A stretch of DNA of 64,000 bases. Origin: Oscillospiraceae bacterium (GTDB taxonomy: Bacteria > Bacillota > Clostridia > Oscillospirales > Oscillospiraceae). The DNA is taken from NCBI GenBank assembly GCA_017501355.1, contig JAFVXA010000012.1:3688-67687 (forward strand), in the 5' to 3' direction. Below are positions 18,477 through 29,200 of the stretch, in pieces. The notes beneath the pieces were generated by a model, which was not told the DNA's origin, did no database searches, and was given only the letters and a program-made list of their open reading frames with translations. Both the position numbers and the translations under genes were made by a program. How positions within the stretch are numbered: the first letter of the stretch is position 1; the number at the start of each line of letters is the position of its first letter.

Positions 18477-18971
18477 ATGAAGAAAAAAGTCGGTATCGTT
18501 CTGGGCAGCAAGAGTGATCTTCCCGTGGTCGAAAAGGCGATCGGGGTTCTGCAGTCCTACGATGTCCCTATGGAAGTGCGCATTCTGTCCGCTCACCGCT
18601 GTCCCAACGAAGCAAGAGAGTTTGCTGTTTCGGCACGCGAGAGCGGCTTTTCTGTTTTGATCGCCGCAGCCGGTATGGCTGCACATCTCGCAGGCGCACT
18701 GGCTGCCAACACCACCCTGCCCGTCATCGGCATCCCCTGCAAGTCCGCAGCGCTGGACGGTATGGATGCACTGCTGTCCACTGTGATGATGCCCTCCGGC
18801 ATTCCTGTTGCTACCGTCGCCATTGACGGCGCCAAGAACGCTGCCATCCTCGCAGTCGAGATCATGGCACTTTCCGACGATGAACTTGCTGCAAAGCTGG
18901 AGGCTGCAAGAGCCGCCGAGACCGCAGCTGTTCTCGCCGCCGACGCGGAGATCAACGCCAAGTATCACTAA
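18477..18971 (+). CDS. purE: N5-carboxyaminoimidazole ribonucleotide mutase (class I-type PurE)
   Basis: The track start 18339 lies inside the riboswitch terminator. ATG 18477 gives [19 protein letters not shown] and [10 protein letters not shown] loops. Confidence 0.9.
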   Translation: MKKKVGIVLGSKSDLPVVEKAIGVLQSYDVPMEVRILSAHRCPNEAREFAVSARESGFSVLIAAAGMAAHLAGALAANTTLPVIGIPCKSAALDGMDALLSTVMMPSGIPVATVAIDGAKNAAILAVEIMALSDDELAAKLEAARAAETAAVLAADAEINAKYH

Positions 18972-19038
18972 GCCAACCCGTTCAGCTTTGAAACGATAAA
19001 ACAATAATTATTTATTTTTTGATATGGAGGAAACAAGT

Positions 19039-19719
19039 ATGAAGCTCGTGTACACCGGTAAGACCAAGGACGTTTTCGCTCTGGAAAACGGCAACTATCT
19101 CCTCAAGTTCAAAGACGACTGCACCGGCAAGGACGGTGTGTTTGATCCCGGTGAAAACTCCGTGGGTCTGACCATCGAAGGCGTGGGCGACGTGAACCTG
19201 CGTATGTCCATCTACTTCTTCGAGAAGATCAACGCAGCAGGCATCCCCACTCACTTCGTCAGCGCAGACCTCGCAAACACCACCATGGAAGTTCTGCCCG
19301 CAAAGGTCTTCGGCAAGGGTCTGGAAGTCATCTGCCGCCACAAGGCTGTCGGCAGCTTCATCCGCCGCTACGGCGCATATATCGAGCCCGGCACCGATCT
19401 GCCCGCTTATGTGGAGACCACTCTGAAGGACGATGAGAAGGGCGATCCCCTGATCACCAAGGATGCTCTGGTGGCTCTTGGCATCATGTCCGACGCTCAG
19501 TACGAGGATCTGAAGGCACAGACCCAGAAGATCACCCAGATCGTCGCTGATGATCTGAAGGAGAAGGGCATGGTCCTGTATGACATCAAGTTCGAGTTCG
19601 GCTATGATGCCAACGGCAATGTCATGCTCATCGATGAAGTGGCTTCCGGCAACATGCGCGTGTACAAGGACGGTCAGTATATCGATCCCATGACCCTGTC
19701 CGAGCTGTTCTTTGCATAA
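19039..19719 (+). CDS. purC: SAICAR synthetase
   Basis: ATG 19039 lies about 8 nt after GGAGG (track start 19024). [13 protein letters not shown]... with full-length PurC resemblance. Confidence 0.9.
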   Translation: MKLVYTGKTKDVFALENGNYLLKFKDDCTGKDGVFDPGENSVGLTIEGVGDVNLRMSIYFFEKINAAGIPTHFVSADLANTTMEVLPAKVFGKGLEVICRHKAVGSFIRRYGAYIEPGTDLPAYVETTLKDDEKGDPLITKDALVALGIMSDAQYEDLKAQTQKITQIVADDLKEKGMVLYDIKFEFGYDANGNVMLIDEVASGNMRVYKDGQYIDPMTLSELFFA

Positions 19720-21143
19720 TGGGCGGCTACTTTGGCGCGGTTTCTCACCGCGACGTCGTTTTGGACGTCTTTTTTGGAACTGACTACCACAGCCACCTCG
19801 GCACCCGCCGCGGCGGTATGGTGACCTTCGATCCCGGACACGGCTTCAACCGCAGCATCCACAACATTGAAAACACTCCCTTCCGCACCAAGTTCGAGGA
19901 TGATCTGGACAAGCTCCACGGTCTTGCGGGCATCGGCTGCATCAGCGCCACCGATCCCCAGCCTCTGATGGTTCGCTCCCATCTGGGTCTTTATGCGATC
20001 CTGACTGTGGGCGCGATCCGCAATGCGGACGAACTGTTGGAACGCTACTTTACCAATCACAAACATCAGTTCATGGCAATGAGCAGCGGTAAGGTCAACT
20101 GCACAGAGATCGTGGCTGCACTCATCAACGAAAAGCAGGACCTCGTGGAGGGTATTCTCCACGCACAGAACTCCATTGAGGGTTCTCTCACTCTGCTGAT
20201 CCTCACTGATAAGGGTGAGATCATCGCAGCTCGTGACAAGATGGGTCGTTTGCCTGTCCTCATCGGTAAAAACGAGGATGGTCACTGTGTGTCCTTCGAG
20301 TCCTTTGCGTATCACAAGGTCGGTTACACCGATGCCTACGAGCTGGGTCCCAATGAGATTGTCCGCATCACCGCCGACGGCTATGAGACCATCTCCCCTG
20401 CCGGCGACAAGATGAAGATCTGCGGCTTCCTATGGACCTATTACGGCTATCCCAACTCCAACTACGAAGGCAAGAACGTGGAGGTCATGCGCTACCGCAA
20501 CGGTGAGATCATGGCACGCGACGAGGCTGCCCGCGGCGAAACGCCGGATGTAGACTATGTGGCAGGTGTACCGGATTCCGGCATTCCCCATGCCATCGGC
20601 TACGCCAACGAAAGCGACAAGCCCTTCGCCCGTCCCTTCGTGAAGTACACCCCCACCTGGCCTCGTTCCTTCATGTCCTCCAATCAGGACGTGCGCAGCC
20701 GTGTTGCCAAGATGAAGCAGATCCCTGTACCCGAACTGATTGAGGGCAAGAAGCTGCTGTTCGTGGATGACTCCATCGTTCGCGGTACCCAGCTGCAGGA
20801 GACCGTCTCCTTCCTCTATGACTCCGGCGCAAAGGAAGTGCACATGCGCTCCGCCTGCCCCCCCATCATGTACGGCTGCAAGTACCTCAACTTCTCCCGC
20901 AACCGCTCTGATATGGAGCTGCTGGTGCGCCGCACCGTGCAGGAGCTGGAGGGCGACGAGGGTCAGAAGCATCTGGAGGAATACGCTGACTGCAACACCG
21001 AGCGCGGTCAGTGCCTGCTGAAGACCATCTGCGAGCAGTTCGGCTTCAGTTCTCTGGGCTATCAGTCCGTTGAGGGTCTGCTCGAGGCCATCGGCATCGA
21101 CAAAGACAAGGTTTGCACTTACTGCTGGACCGGCAAGGAATAA
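19719..21143 (+). CDS. purF: amidophosphoribosyltransferase homologue lacking the N-terminal Cys nucleophile
   Basis: 474 aa. Start overlaps the purC stop (TAATG). N-terminus is MGGYFG rather than MCG. PRTase motifs GVPDSG and LLFVDDSIVRGTQ are intact. Fe-S-type cysteines are retained (CGFLW, CPPIMYGC, CTYCW). Confidence 0.85.
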   Translation: MGGYFGAVSHRDVVLDVFFGTDYHSHLGTRRGGMVTFDPGHGFNRSIHNIENTPFRTKFEDDLDKLHGLAGIGCISATDPQPLMVRSHLGLYAILTVGAIRNADELLERYFTNHKHQFMAMSSGKVNCTEIVAALINEKQDLVEGILHAQNSIEGSLTLLILTDKGEIIAARDKMGRLPVLIGKNEDGHCVSFESFAYHKVGYTDAYELGPNEIVRITADGYETISPAGDKMKICGFLWTYYGYPNSNYEGKNVEVMRYRNGEIMARDEAARGETPDVDYVAGVPDSGIPHAIGYANESDKPFARPFVKYTPTWPRSFMSSNQDVRSRVAKMKQIPVPELIEGKKLLFVDDSIVRGTQLQETVSFLYDSGAKEVHMRSACPPIMYGCKYLNFSRNRSDMELLVRRTVQELEGDEGQKHLEEYADCNTERGQCLLKTICEQFGFSSLGYQSVEGLLEAIGIDKDKVCTYCWTGKE

Positions 21144-21185
21144 GCCGTTACAGCCATTACAAATTCAGAAAGTGAGAGAGTTATC

Positions 21186-22223
21186 ATGAGCAAAAGTTTC
21201 TCTGCTTCCTATGCCGCTGCCGGTGTGGATATCACCGCTGGCTACGAAGGTGTCCGCCTGATGAAGAAACACGTGGAGCGTACCATGATCCCCGGTGTCG
21301 TGTCTGATATCGGCGGCTTCGGTGGTCTCTTCGCACCCGATCTCGCAGGCATGAAGGAGCCTGTGCTGGTCTCCGGCACCGATGGTGTCGGCACCAAGCA
21401 GCGCATCGCACAGATCCTCGGCAAGCATGACACCGTGGGCATCGACTGCGTTGCCATGTGCGTCAACGACATCATCTGCTGCGGCGCAAAGCCCATCTTC
21501 TTCCTGGATTACATCGCCATCGGCAAGAATGAGCCCGAAAAGGTGGCAACGCTTGTCTCCGGCGTGGCTGAAGGCTGCGTCCAGTCCGGCTGCGCTCTCA
21601 TCGGCGGCGAAACCGCTGAGCACCCCGGCACCATGGCAGCCGACGATTATGACCTCGCCGGCTTCGCTGTGGGTATCGTGGACAAGTCCAAGATCATCGA
21701 CAAAAATTCCATGAAGGAAGGCGATGTCATTCTGGCACTCCCCTCCTCCGGCATTCACTCCAACGGCTACTCTCTCGTCCGCAAGGTCTTTGATGTGGAG
21801 AGCGCTGACCTGGGCAAGTATTATGACGAGCTGGGCATGACCCTCGGTGAAGCTCTGCTCGTTCCCACCAAGATCTATGTCAAGCCCGTCCTCGCAGCCA
21901 TGGAGGTCTCCGAGATCCACGGCGTGACCCACGTCACCGGCGGCGGTTTCTATGAGAACTTCCCCCGCTGCATCCCCGACGGTCTCTGCGCCAAGATCAA
22001 CAAGGCAGACATCCGCATCCCTGCGATCTTCACTCTGCTGCAGAACACCGGCAACATTCCTGAGCGCGATATGTACAACACCTATAATATGGGCGTCGGT
22101 ATGGCTGTCATCGTCAGCCGCGAGACCGCTGACGCAGCCATCGCTACCCTCAAGGAGGGCGGCTGTGACGCTTACGTCATCGGTGAGATCGTTGCCGGAG
22201 AGGAAAAGGTGGAGCTGTGCTGA
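21186..22223 (+). CDS. purM: AIR synthetase
   Basis: 345 aa. DGVGTK motif and full-length PurM resemblance. Confidence 0.95.
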   Translation: MSKSFSASYAAAGVDITAGYEGVRLMKKHVERTMIPGVVSDIGGFGGLFAPDLAGMKEPVLVSGTDGVGTKQRIAQILGKHDTVGIDCVAMCVNDIICCGAKPIFFLDYIAIGKNEPEKVATLVSGVAEGCVQSGCALIGGETAEHPGTMAADDYDLAGFAVGIVDKSKIIDKNSMKEGDVILALPSSGIHSNGYSLVRKVFDVESADLGKYYDELGMTLGEALLVPTKIYVKPVLAAMEVSEIHGVTHVTGGGFYENFPRCIPDGLCAKINKADIRIPAIFTLLQNTGNIPERDMYNTYNMGVGMAVIVSRETADAAIATLKEGGCDAYVIGEIVAGEEKVELC

Positions 22224-22837
22224 GAAAGGCACGCATCGCCGTCCTCGTCAGCGGCGGCGGCACCAATCTGCAGGCGCTGCTGGACGCACAGGCATCCGGC
22301 ACACTGCACAGCGGTGAGATCGTGGCAGTCATCTCTTCCAAACCCGACGTATATGCACTTACCCGCGCCGCAAGCGCGGGTGTGCCCGGTTTTGTGGCAT
22401 CGAGAAAGGACTGCGGCTCTCAGGCAGAGTTTGAGGAAAAGATCTCCGCGGTGCTGCGCGAGCAGCAGGTGGATCTGATCATTCTCGCGGGCTTCCTCAG
22501 TATTCTGAGCGCAGAATTTACCTCTCACTGGCCCGAGCGTATCATCAATGTCCATCCTGCGCTGATCCCTTCCTTCTGCGGCAAGGGCGCGTATGGTCTG
22601 AAGGTGCATGAGATGGCACTGGAGTACGGCGTGAAGGTCACCGGCGCCACGGTGCACTTCGTCAACGAGATCCCCGACGGCGGCAGGATCCTGCTGCAAA
22701 AGGCAGTGGATATTCTGCCGGGCGATACGGCAGAAACTCTGCAGCGCCGTGTGATGGAACAGGCGGAGTGGATCCTGCTGCCCCAAGCGGCAGAAATGGT
22801 CTCCGCCGCCCTTATGAATGAAAAGGAGAATGCGTGA
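22217..22837 (+). CDS. purN: GAR formyltransferase
   Basis: 206 aa. IAVLVSGGGTNLQALLDA and NVHPALIP motifs. Overlaps the end of purM. Confidence 0.9.
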   Translation: MLRKARIAVLVSGGGTNLQALLDAQASGTLHSGEIVAVISSKPDVYALTRAASAGVPGFVASRKDCGSQAEFEEKISAVLREQQVDLIILAGFLSILSAEFTSHWPERIINVHPALIPSFCGKGAYGLKVHEMALEYGVKVTGATVHFVNEIPDGGRILLQKAVDILPGDTAETLQRRVMEQAEWILLPQAAEMVSAALMNEKENA

Positions 22838-23553
22838 TGAACGTATATGAAATCGGCTGCATGGCCGAAAAGCTCTCTACCAACGTCTATCCCGGTCGCG
22901 GCATCGTGCTGGGTCTGACTCCAGACGGCAAGAAGTCTGTGGCTGCCTATTTCATCATGGGTCGCAGCGTCAACAGCCGCAACCGCGTCTTTGTGCAGGA
23001 AGCAGACGGCATCCGCACCGAGGCACACGATCCCTCCAAGATGGAAGATCCCCATCTGATCATCTATCATCCCGTCCGCGAGATCGGTCAGGGGCTCATC
23101 GTCACCAATGGCGATCAGACCGACACCATCTGGGACTATCTTGCGCAGGGTCTTTCCATGGAGCAGGGTCTCCGCACCCGCCAGTTCGAGGATGACCGTC
23201 CCAACTGGACTCCCCGTATCTCCGGTCTGATCTGCCCCAGCGGCAGCTACAAGATGTCCATTCTGAAGGCAGCCGATGCCGAGGGCAGCGACTGCACCCG
23301 TTTCTTCTGGGAGTACCCTGCCATCGCAGGTCTCGGTCACTTCCTGCACACCTATCTGTGTGACGGCAATCCCATCCCCACCTTCCAGGGTGAGCCTGAG
23401 CGCGTTGCCATCGACAACGACATCGACGCGTTCACCAAGCTTCTTTGGGAGAACCTCAATGCGGACAACAAGATCTCTCTCTTTGTCCGCTATACCGACC
23501 TTGAGACCCGCACCTATGAACAGCGCATCCTGAATAAAAATCTGGGAGACTGA
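22834..23553 (+). CDS. purO: PurO-type IMP cyclohydrolase homologue
   Basis: 239 aa. YPGRGIVLG..AYFIMGRSVNSRNR, NGDQTDTI and TPRI resemble archaeal PurO. Overlaps the end of purN. Confidence 0.75.
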   Translation: MMNVYEIGCMAEKLSTNVYPGRGIVLGLTPDGKKSVAAYFIMGRSVNSRNRVFVQEADGIRTEAHDPSKMEDPHLIIYHPVREIGQGLIVTNGDQTDTIWDYLAQGLSMEQGLRTRQFEDDRPNWTPRISGLICPSGSYKMSILKAADAEGSDCTRFFWEYPAIAGLGHFLHTYLCDGNPIPTFQGEPERVAIDNDIDAFTKLLWENLNADNKISLFVRYTDLETRTYEQRILNKNLGD

Positions 23554-23558
23554 TAACG

Positions 23559-24737
23559 ATGAATGAATTTGAACTGAAATATGGCTGCAATCCCAATCAG
23601 AAGCCTGCCAAGATCTTCATGAAGGACGGCAGCGACCTGCCCATCCGCGTGCTGAACGGTCGCCCCGGCTTCATCAACTTCCTCGATGCATTCAACTCCT
23701 GGCAGCTCGTCAAGGAGCTGAAGGAAGCAACCGGTCTTCCTGCCGCTGCCAGCTTCAAGCACGTCTCCCCCGCCGGTGCTGCTGTGGGTCTGCCCCTCAG
23801 CGAAACCGACAAGAAGATTTACTTCGTGGCAGAGGATGCAGAGCTGTCCCCCATCGCCTGCGCTTACATCCGCGCTCGCGGTGCTGACCGTCTCTGCTCC
23901 TACGGTGACTGGGCAGCACTGAGCGATGTCTGCGATGCCGCTACCGCTGCCTACCTCAAGGACGAGGTCTCCGACGGTATCATCGCTCCCGGTTTCACCG
24001 ATGAGGCACTTGAGATCCTCAAGACCAAGAAGAAGGGCGGCTACAACGTGGTGGAGATCGATCCGAACTACGTTCCCGCTGAGCAGGAAATGAAGGATGT
24101 TTTCGGCATCACCTTCGAGCAGGGTCACAACAACTTCAAGATCGATGCTTCCCTGCTGGAAAACATCGTGACCGAAAACAAGGAACTGACTGAGCAGGCT
24201 AAGATCGACATGATCGTTGCCCTCATCACGCTGAAGTACACCCAGTCCAACTCCGTCTGCTATGTCAAGGACGGTCAGGCAATCGGCGTGGGCGCCGGTC
24301 AGCAGAGCCGCATCCACTGCACCCGTCTTGCCGGTCAGAAGGCAGACAACTGGTATCTGCGTCAGCATGAGAAGGTGCTGGGTCTGCAGTTCGTGGATGG
24401 TATCCGCCGCCCCGACCGCGACAACGCCATTGACATCTACACCTCTGACGAGTACGAGGATGTCCTCGCAGAGGGCACCTGGCAGACCATCTTCAAGGTC
24501 AAGCCCGAGGTGCTGACCGCAGAGGAAAAGAAGGCATGGATCGCTACCCAGTCCGGCGTGACTGTGGGCTCCGATGCATTCTTCCCCTTCGGCGACAACG
24601 TGGAGCGTGCCCGCAAGAGCGGCGTGCAGTACATTGCAGAGCCCGGCGGCTCCATCCGTGATGACCATGTCATTATGACCGCCAACAAGTATGGCATTGT
24701 CATGGCATTCACCGGTATGCGTCTCTTCCACCACTAA
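23559..24737 (+). CDS. purH: AICAR formyltransferase (PurH C-terminal domain only, no MGS-like cyclohydrolase domain)
   Basis: 392 aa. LKYGCNPNQ and FKHVSPAGAAVG motifs. Confidence 0.85.
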   Translation: MNEFELKYGCNPNQKPAKIFMKDGSDLPIRVLNGRPGFINFLDAFNSWQLVKELKEATGLPAAASFKHVSPAGAAVGLPLSETDKKIYFVAEDAELSPIACAYIRARGADRLCSYGDWAALSDVCDAATAAYLKDEVSDGIIAPGFTDEALEILKTKKKGGYNVVEIDPNYVPAEQEMKDVFGITFEQGHNNFKIDASLLENIVTENKELTEQAKIDMIVALITLKYTQSNSVCYVKDGQAIGVGAGQQSRIHCTRLAGQKADNWYLRQHEKVLGLQFVDGIRRPDRDNAIDIYTSDEYEDVLAEGTWQTIFKVKPEVLTAEEKKAWIATQSGVTVGSDAFFPFGDNVERARKSGVQYIAEPGGSIRDDHVIMTANKYGIVMAFTGMRLFHH

Positions 24738-24937
24738 CTCCTCGCAAGTTTCATATCCTTCGCTTTCGGTTCAAGCCGAAAGCTCACTCATTTCACTGCT
24801 CCTCGTTTTCCTCCGCAAACGCTGCGCAGCCGTTGGCACTTTAGTGCCTTACGGATGCGGCGTGCCCCTTGCGGGTTCTGCGCTGGTTTGCGTCGGATTT
24901 GGGACAGGGGAAACGAATTATTAGGAGGTTCCCCCTC

Positions 24938-26206
24938 ATGAAAATTATGGTTATCGGCGGCGGCGGGCGTGAACACGCCATTGTCAAAGCCATCAAGAAA
25001 AACCCCGCAGTGGAAACCATCTACTGCCTGCCCGGCAACGGCGGCATCGCTGCTGATGCTGTTTGCGTGGACATCGGTGCCAAGGACATCGCTGCACAGG
25101 TGGAGTTTGCAAAGGCAAACTCCATCGACTATGCGGTGGTCGCTCCCGACGATCCCCTCGCTCTCGGCGCAGTGGACGCACTGACTGCCGCAGGTATTCC
25201 CTGCTTCGGTCCCGATGCCAAGGCTGCTGTGATCGAAAGCAGCAAGGTCTTTGCCAAGGATCTGATGAAAAAGTACGGGATCCCCACCGCGGAATATGAA
25301 GTCTTTACCGCTCTGGACGAGGCGCTGGCTTTTGTGGATTCCCACGATGCGCCCCTCGTCATCAAGGCAGACGGTCTCGCCCTCGGCAAGGGTGTGATCA
25401 TTGCCGAGACGAAGGACGAAGCAAAGGAAGCGGTCCGCTCCATGATGGAGGACAAGATCTTCGGCGAGAGCGGCAGCCAGATCGTCATTGAGAAATTTCT
25501 CACCGGTCCTGAGGTCTCCGTGCTGAGCTTCACCGACGGAGAAACTGTGTGTCCCATGGTCTCCTCCATGGATCATAAGCGCGCCCTCGACGGCGATGAG
25601 GGTCTTAACACAGGCGGCATGGGCACCATCGCTCCCAATCCCTACTATACCGCCGAGATCGCCGAGCGCTGCATGAAGGAGATCTTCCTTCCCACCATCC
25701 GCGCCATGAAAGCAGAAGGTCGCCCCTTCAAGGGCTGCCTCTACTTCGGTCTCATGCTGACTCCCAAGGGTCCCAAGGTCATTGAGTACAACTGCCGTTT
25801 CGGCGATCCCGAGACACAGGTGGTACTTCCCCTGCTGGAGAGCGATCTGCTCACCATCATGCAGGCAGTGACCGCAGGCAAGCTCGCTGAGACTCCCGTG
25901 CAATTCTCCGAAAAGTCCGCCTGCTGTGTCGTCATGGCATCTGCAGGTTATCCCCAGAGCTACGAAAAGGGTTTTGAAATCACCGCCGGCGAGGAAGCTG
26001 CCGCTCACACCTATATCGCAGGTGCCAAGCTCGCAGACGGCAAACTGCTGACGAGCGGCGGTCGCGTGCTGGGTGTCACCGCTACAGCTGATACCCTCGC
26101 AGATGCCGTGAAGGAAGCCTATCGCCTTGTAGGCGAGACCCATTTCAAAAACGCCTATTACCGAAAAGACATCGGCAAGCGCGCTCTTGCCGCACAGGAG
26201 GTCTGA
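24938..26206 (+). CDS. purD: GAR synthetase
   Basis: ATG 24938 lies 9 nt after AGGAGG (track start 24869 is in the spacer). MKIMVIGGGGREHA. Confidence 0.95.
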   Translation: MKIMVIGGGGREHAIVKAIKKNPAVETIYCLPGNGGIAADAVCVDIGAKDIAAQVEFAKANSIDYAVVAPDDPLALGAVDALTAAGIPCFGPDAKAAVIESSKVFAKDLMKKYGIPTAEYEVFTALDEALAFVDSHDAPLVIKADGLALGKGVIIAETKDEAKEAVRSMMEDKIFGESGSQIVIEKFLTGPEVSVLSFTDGETVCPMVSSMDHKRALDGDEGLNTGGMGTIAPNPYYTAEIAERCMKEIFLPTIRAMKAEGRPFKGCLYFGLMLTPKGPKVIEYNCRFGDPETQVVLPLLESDLLTIMQAVTAGKLAETPVQFSEKSACCVVMASAGYPQSYEKGFEITAGEEAAAHTYIAGAKLADGKLLTSGGRVLGVTATADTLADAVKEAYRLVGETHFKNAYYRKDIGKRALAAQEV

Positions 26207-26210
26207 ACCC

Positions 26211-29200
26211 ATGGTCTATCGTGTATTTGTTGAAAAAAAGCCCGGTCTTGGTCCCGAGTCCGCAGGTCTGCTGGCTGACTGCCGCTCCTTCCTCGGTCTC
26301 GAGAAGCTGGAGAACGTCCGCATCCTGAACCGCTACGATGTGGAGGATATCGACGAAGCCCTCTTCACCTATTCCAAGACCACCGTTTTCTCCGAGCCCC
26401 AGCTGGACACCATCTATGATGCCGTGGAATTTGACGGCGCTGCTGTGGTCTTTGCTGTGGAGCCCCTGCCCGGTCAGTTCGACCAGCGTGCAGACTCTGC
26501 CGCCCAGTGCATCCAGCTGCTGAGCCAGGGCGAACGTCCCATGGTTCGCTCTGCCAAGGTCTACGCGCTCTACGGCGCGCTGACCGACGCAGACATCGCC
26601 GCAGTGAAGAACTATGTCATCAACCCCGTGGAGTCCCGTGAGGCTTCTCTCGACAAGCCTGAGACCCTTCACATGGAGTATGCGACCCCCGATTCCGTCG
26701 CAACTGTGGACGGTTTCATCGCACTGGACGAAGCTGGTCTCACCAATATCCGCGGCGAGCTGGGTCTCGCTATGGATCTGGACGATCTGAAGGTCCTGCA
26801 GTCCTACGTCCGCGACGAGGAAAAGCGTGATCCCACCATCACCGAGATCCGCGTGGTGGATACCTACTGGTCTGACCACTGCCGTCACACCACCTTCTCC
26901 ACCCACATCGACAGCGTGGAGATCGAGGACAGCTCCGTGCGCGAGGCTTATGAGCGTTATCTCGCTGCCCGCGTGGAGGTCTACGGCGAGGAAAAGGCTG
27001 CCAAGCGCCCCCAGACCCTCATGGATCTTGCCACCATCGGTGCAAAGACCCTGAAAAAGCGTGGTCTGCTGCCCGAAATTGATGAGAGCGAGGAGATCAA
27101 TGCCTGCTCCATCAAGGTGCCTGCCATGGTCAACGGCAAGGAGCAGGATTGGCTGCTGATGTTCAAGAACGAGACTCACAACCATCCCACCGAGATCGAG
27201 CCCTTTGGCGGCGCAGCCACCTGCATCGGCGGCTGCATCCGTGACCCCCTGTCCGGTCGTGTGTATGTCCATCAGGCAATGCGCTTCACCGGCGGCGGTG
27301 ATCCCCGCGTGGCACTGGACAAGACTACCCCCGGCAAGCTGCCCCAGAGAAAGCTGGCGCAGACTGCTGCTGCAGGCTACTCCTCCTACGGTAACCAGAT
27401 TGGTCTTGCTACCGGTCACGTTGCCGAGGTCTATCACGAGGGCTACATCGCCAAGCGCCTTGAGTGCGGCGTTGTGGTGGGTGCTGCTCCCGCAGAAAAC
27501 GTGGTGCGTGAGCGTCCCGCAGCAGGCGATGTGATCATCCTCCTCGGCGGTCGTACCGGTCGTGACGGTATCGGCGGTGCTACCGGTTCTTCCAAGAGCC
27601 ATGACATGAAGTCTCTGACCAACATGGCAAGCGAAGTGCAGAAGGGTAACGCTCCCGAAGAGCGCAAGATCCAGCGCCTGTTCCGCAACGGCGAGGTCAC
27701 CCGTCTGATCAAGCGCTGCAACGACTTCGGTGCAGGCGGTGTCAGCGTTGCCATCGGCGAGCTGGCAGACGGTCTGTCCATCGACCTTGACGCAGTGCGC
27801 AAAAAGTACGACGGTCTTGATGGCACCGAGCTCGCAATCTCCGAGAGCCAGGAGCGTATGGCAGTTGTCGTGGCAGCAGAGGATGCTGACAAATTCATCG
27901 CTTACGCTGCTTCCGAAAACCTCGAAGCTTATCGCGTGGCTGTCGTCACCGAAAGCCCCCGCATGGTTATGACCTGGAAGGGTCAGACCATTGCAAACCT
28001 CTCCCGCGAATTTCTCAATACCAACGGCGCTGTCAAGCACACCGCCGTTTCCATTCCTGCCAAGGCACGTCCCGGCTTCGTCTGCGACGGCAAGCTCCGC
28101 GACATTGCATCCGATCTGAAGTTCGCAAGCCGCCGTGGTCTGATCGAGCGTTTCGACAGCACCATCGGTGCCGGCAGCGTGCTGATGCCCTTCGGCGGAA
28201 AGACCCAGCGCACCCCCACCCAGGCAATGTCCGCCCTCTTCCCTGTTCTGCCCGGTCAGACCACCGATCAGGCAAGCATCATGGCATGGGGCTTCGATCC
28301 CGAGTGGATGAGCGCTGATCCCTACACCGGCGCTATGGCAGGTGTGGTCAGCTCCATGGCAAAGATCGTTGCCGCAGGCGCTGACTACAAGAAGGCTTAC
28401 CTCACCTTCCAGGAGTTCTTTGAGAAGCTGAGAAACGAGCCTCAGCGCTGGGGCAAGCCCTTCCAGGCACTCCTCGGTGCACTGGACGCACAGCTGGGTC
28501 TGGACGCTGCTGCCATCGGCGGCAAGGACTCCATGAGCGGTTCCTTCATGGATCTGGATGTTCCTCCCACGCTGATTTCCTTCGCCATCGCTCCCGCCAA
28601 GGCTGGCGAAGTGATCTCCACCGAGTTCAAGGAGGCAGGTCACCCTGTCTACCGTTTCGGCACCAGCACCCTCAACGACTTCGCCGCTCACAAGGCAGCG
28701 TGGGAAGCTTTCCACAAGCTGAACCTCGAAGGCAAGGTCAAGTCCGCATGGGCGATCGAGAACGGTGGCGTGGCTGAGGCTGTGATGAAGATGAGCTTCG
28801 GTAACGGCATCGGCTTCGCTTACGATAAGGATGCAGGCGCTCCCTGGTATGGCTTCTGCCCCGGCATGATCATCGCAGAGCTGAGCGAGGATGTGGATCT
28901 CGACTGCGCAGCAAAGATCGGTATGACCACCGCTGATGCGACCATCTCCATCGGCAGCGAAAGCGTCTCCATTGAGGAGCTGCTGAAGCTGAACGAGGAA
29001 GTCCTCGAGAAGGTCTACCCCACCAAGAGCGATGAAGCAAAGGCTGTGAAGGAGTTCTCCTTCGCAGAGAAGTCCACTCTTGCACCTGCCATCAAGACCG
29101 CAAAGCCCAAGGTTCTGATCCCCGTTTTCCCCGGCACCAACTGCGAATTTGACACCGCACGCGCTCTCATCGACGCCGGTGCCGATGCTGAGATCGCTGT

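Noticed and set aside
24691-24924. 77-aa ORF covering the purH-purD spacer.
   Set aside because: It starts inside purH in another frame, has no RBS, and its sequence coincides with the predicted RNA stems. It is treated as non-coding.
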